From Oligoflexia bacterium (GTDB lineage Bacteria > Bdellovibrionota > UBA1018): 64,000 nucleotides of DNA. Made by a program: the position numbers and the translations under genes. Shown here one piece after another: positions 61,087 through 64,000 of this stretch (its first letter is position 1; each line of letters opens with the position of its first letter). A model generated the notes under the pieces. The model did not search any database. It had not been told where the DNA came from and saw only the letters and a list, made by a program, of their open reading frames with translations. Location of the stretch: contig CAVWVI010000004.1 in the NCBI GenBank assembly GCA_963758495.1, forward strand, positions 1,043,184 to 1,107,183. Reading direction: 5' to 3'.

Positions 61087-61930
61087 GCTTTTACAAATAT
61101 TTTATTTTATTATTTTTTTTGTTGATACTTCAACTGCATTTTCACTTGATCTTGATTTAGCAATTCATTTTACGGAATCACAGCAAATCCATAACCAAGC
61201 TTTAGGATGGAATGCACTCACATCTGTCTTAAAAGGAAATCAGAAAGTCGAACTCATTTCAAATAATGATCGATTTTCTAAACTTAAAAATCGCGCAATA
61301 GAACAAGTCACGCCAGAATCAATCGCCTTTATAAGAGAGGTGCTTCAAGCACAACCTGAATGGTCAAATCAAATCTATCAAGCAGGAGTGCAGGCTCTGC
61401 TTCATGGAACTGATATCACTACTGCATCTGCCCTAGCCATTTTACTCAAGCCCAAAAATACCTGGCAATCAACTGATGAACACTCACTTAATTCCATTTC
61501 GGTCACAGAAAAAAATCAACTACGCACACTTCTATCCAGTTCAAGCATCAAATTAAGTGAAAATTTAGCTCGTATTTTAGTCAGTCAATCTAACGCAATA
61601 AAGAATGAGCTACAAAGTTCTGATTTTGACGCGAATGCAATATTGACTCAAGGAATTCACGAATGTGCTGGACTCACAAGTATAACAACAATTGATGGTC
61701 TTACTAAAAAATATTGTGCAAAGTTACTTCAAACCCTTAATGCTAATTCAAAGTACAATCTTCAATCCTTAATCGATTTAAGTATATCTTCAAACCTCAC
61801 GGAGGACCGATTTCCAAGTGCTGAAGTTAACCCTTTTGAAACTCAATTTGACGTATCAAAAGTGAAAGTATCATTTAGAGACAATTATTTTCAAATACAC
61901 CTATTACGGCAGAGGCAAAAAGGTGGTTAA
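61073..61930 (+). CDS. Secreted hypothetical protein
   Basis: Signal peptide-like N-terminus. Confidence 0.55.
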   Translation: MSFYKLLQIFYFIIFFVDTSTAFSLDLDLAIHFTESQQIHNQALGWNALTSVLKGNQKVELISNNDRFSKLKNRAIEQVTPESIAFIREVLQAQPEWSNQIYQAGVQALLHGTDITTASALAILLKPKNTWQSTDEHSLNSISVTEKNQLRTLLSSSSIKLSENLARILVSQSNAIKNELQSSDFDANAILTQGIHECAGLTSITTIDGLTKKYCAKLLQTLNANSKYNLQSLIDLSISSNLTEDRFPSAEVNPFETQFDVSKVKVSFRDNYFQIHLLRQRQKGG

Positions 61931-61971
61931 TTGACAAGGGAATTAAATTTATGGAAATCCTGGAGTAACAA

Positions 61972-62454
61972 ATGAGCAGTTCTTCATTCATTGATATTAA
62001 TCTTTCTAAAGACATTAAAATAGATGCTGTATCAGTAATTAAAGCTCTCTCTGACTACGGCTGGGAACTAACTGATGGCGAATGCATTGGCTATTTGCCA
62101 CTGGGAGACAAAGATAATTTTGACTGGAAATTTGTACCGCTCGAAATGAAAAATACAGTCTTAGATGAGTTAAGAAAAAAACAGGATGCTAGTGAAGTTA
62201 TTGGAGTTATGGTGAAGTATAAAAGTACTAAGTTTGGTGCAAATCTTTTATATTTACCCAAAGAAAACCAAATCTCCTTTTCGCTTACTGAAAGTACAGA
62301 ATTAGAAAATGGCATCAATGATTTCAAATTTTATGAAAAAAAGCTATTGCAGTGGATACGAGGGGAAAAAATCAAGTTTGACAGTATTCATTTCACCCAA
62401 ACTGACTCTGGCGGACAAGTTGAATTTGAAAAAAAAATCTTAGGTGATACTTAG
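61972..62454 (+). CDS. Hypothetical protein, possible orphan immunity protein
   Basis: GW......YLPLGDKD.FDW motif recalled from proteins beside polymorphic toxins; RBS GGAG. Confidence 0.5.
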   Translation: MSSSSFIDINLSKDIKIDAVSVIKALSDYGWELTDGECIGYLPLGDKDNFDWKFVPLEMKNTVLDELRKKQDASEVIGVMVKYKSTKFGANLLYLPKENQISFSLTESTELENGINDFKFYEKKLLQWIRGEKIKFDSIHFTQTDSGGQVEFEKKILGDT

Positions 62455-62599
62455 CTCGACTTTTGCCCTTTTTAAGCAGCCATAAGCGAGAAGCTATTTA
62501 GTTGAAGTTTAAATAAATCAATCAAAAATAGAAGGACCTCCCTTTTGCATTGAATGGAAATGTGTCTAACGCATTTCAGTTCAGCATAGAGGAGGTCCC

Positions 62600-64000
62600 A
62601 TGTTAGCACCAAAATTGTTTCAAGATTTGATCCAATCCTTTGCTCCGGCATTTACACGCCCGTCTTTTTTACGGATGAGCTGGCTCACTCTCACTGCCAT
62701 CCTCACTCGAGGATCTCGCACGGTGAGTAATATGATTCGAACTTTGGAATATTTTTCTTTTGGCCACGCCTCGAGCTTCCACCGATTTCTTTCGAAGCAT
62801 CAGTGGAAAAATTGGAGTCTCGGAAAGACTCTAACGACTCTCATTCTGAGCCTTATTCCGGAAGATCAACCTATTTATTTAGCGGGTGACGACACTGTAG
62901 ATGGGCACCCTGGTAGGCATGTTTATGGAAAAGGATGCCACCGAGATGCAGTGAGATCTTCTCACAAACATTTGGTATTTCGCTGGGGGCATAAATGGGT
63001 GGTTCTCTCTGTGCTCATTCAATTCCCATGGGCAAAAAGACGCTGGGCACTTCCATGTTTGATCGCCCTCTATCGAACTCCTAAGACAGACAAAAAACAG
63101 CGGCGTCGGCATAAAACGGGAACCGAACTCATGGAAGGGCTTCTCGCTCAAATAATTCGATGGTTTCCCTCGAGAAAATTCATATTTTGTGGAGATCAGG
63201 AGTTTGGGACTCAGGAGTTCGCGTTCTTTGCGAATCGCTTTAAAAAGCATCTTTGCTTGGTCAGTCGCATTGTCCCCAATGCTTGCCTTTACACGGCTTC
63301 TCCATTGAGAAGGCCGGGCACAAATGGGCGACCCAGAATCAGAGGCGAGAAATTACTATCACCTGCTCAAACGGTTGAACTTGTGCCGATTCAATTTCGT
63401 CAGAAATTAGCAGTACAATGGTATGGCGGTGGGCAACGTCTGGTCAGAATTGTATCGGCAACAGGCTATTGGTACAGAAGCAACAATCATCGGCGGAGAA
63501 TTCTACCTATCCCTATTCGCTGGGTGTATGTTGAAGACCTAACAGGGACTCATCGTGATGAATACTTCTTCACTACGGATGTCCAGATGACACCGCAGGA
63601 AATAATAGAAAAGTATGTAGGACGTTGGAATTTGGAAACGACATTTCAAGAAATGCGTTCCTATATTGGCCTGGAAACGACTCACGGTTGGTCACCCAAA
63701 ACTGTGTTGCGAATGGCGCCCTGTTTATTCGGACTTTACTCACTCATCATTCTTCTGTACTGCCTATTGCCTCAATCGCTTCAGAATAAGCGGCGCATCA
63801 CCTGGACGGGAAAAACTTCGATTACATTCTCTGATGTCATAACTTCTGTCATACGTTGGCTTTGGTTGGAGGGGGTTTTTGCTACACCCACATTTCGTGA
63901 GGCTATCTCAAAACTAACTCAAAAGGAGCAAAACACCTTATTTTATGCGCGGCTCCTCCCTGTCTTAAAAGACAAGGTTTCCGCCGCGAAAAACATAGGA
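62600..64000 (+). CDS. IS701-family DDE transposase, no stop seen within window
   Basis: Not in ORF track. Manual translation MLAPKLFQ..FAPAFTRPSF..LAGDDT..HRD..WGHKWV..CGD..YVGRWNLETTFQE. Confidence 0.88.
   Translation, partial: MLAPKLFQDLIQSFAPAFTRPSFLRMSWLTLTAILTRGSRTVSNMIRTLEYFSFGHASSFHRFLSKHQWKNWSLGKTLTTLILSLIPEDQPIYLAGDDTVDGHPGRHVYGKGCHRDAVRSSHKHLVFRWGHKWVVLSVLIQFPWAKRRWALPCLIALYRTPKTDKKQRRRHKTGTELMEGLLAQIIRWFPSRKFIFCGDQEFGTQEFAFFANRFKKHLCLVSRIVPNACLYTASPLRRPGTNGRPRIRGEKLLSPAQTVELVPIQFRQKLAVQWYGGGQRLVRIVSATGYWYRSNNHRRRILPIPIRWVYVEDLTGTHRDEYFFTTDVQMTPQEIIEKYVGRWNLETTFQEMRSYIGLETTHGWSPKTVLRMAPCLFGLYSLIILLYCLLPQSLQNKRRITWTGKTSITFSDVITSVIRWLWLEGVFATPTFREAISKLTQKEQNTLFYARLLPVLKDKVSAAKNIG
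63948..63988. repeat. IS200/IS605-type terminal hairpin
   Basis: Minus strand CGCGGCGGAAACCTTGTCTTTTAAGACAGGGAGGAGCCGCG resembles the GGAAACCCCGxCCTTxAGGxCGGGGAGGA end motif. Confidence 0.5.

Larger units (their letters stand above)
62451..64000 (+). mobile_element. IS701-family element (left end ~62451; right end not seen)
   Basis: End-like TTAGCTCGACTTTTGCCC overlapping the upstream stop codon, followed by a transposase gene. Confidence 0.7.

Noticed and set aside
62879..63250. 123-aa minus-strand ORF
   Set aside because: Antisense to the IS701 transposase

Overview
AT-rich bacterial chromosomal segment. Gene content and order (rpsF-rpsR-DUF2232-rplI-dnaB, moxR-bat operon, type III glutamine synthetase, hemW-grpE-dnaK-dnaJ, fliD-fliS) suggest a Bdellovibrionota/deltaproteobacteria-like organism; this is inference only. 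Core blocks are interrupted by accessory patches. These are: a toxin-antitoxin-rich region (Phd-RelE, orphan VapB, BrnTA, VapBC) with a complete IS630 element and an orphan ParA plus small partner; a RES-Xre pair; a secreted PT-TG polymorphic toxin split by one in-frame TAG, with a candidate immunity gene; and an IS701-type transposase running off the right end. Three copies of a covarying ~85-100 bp hairpin repeat and one ~135 bp nested palindromic element are intergenic. The best candidate for an undescribed system is the operon at 37.2-41.3 kb: class III aminotransferase + two stand-alone SCP2 lipid-binding proteins + a split transketolase with altered acceptor-site residues, near an HxxxDG acyltransferase. 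It could make or degrade long-chain 2-amino-1,3-diols (sphingoid-like bases) without serine palmitoyltransferase. No rRNA, tRNA or CRISPR array was recognised. All family calls are by-eye motif recognition, not database results.
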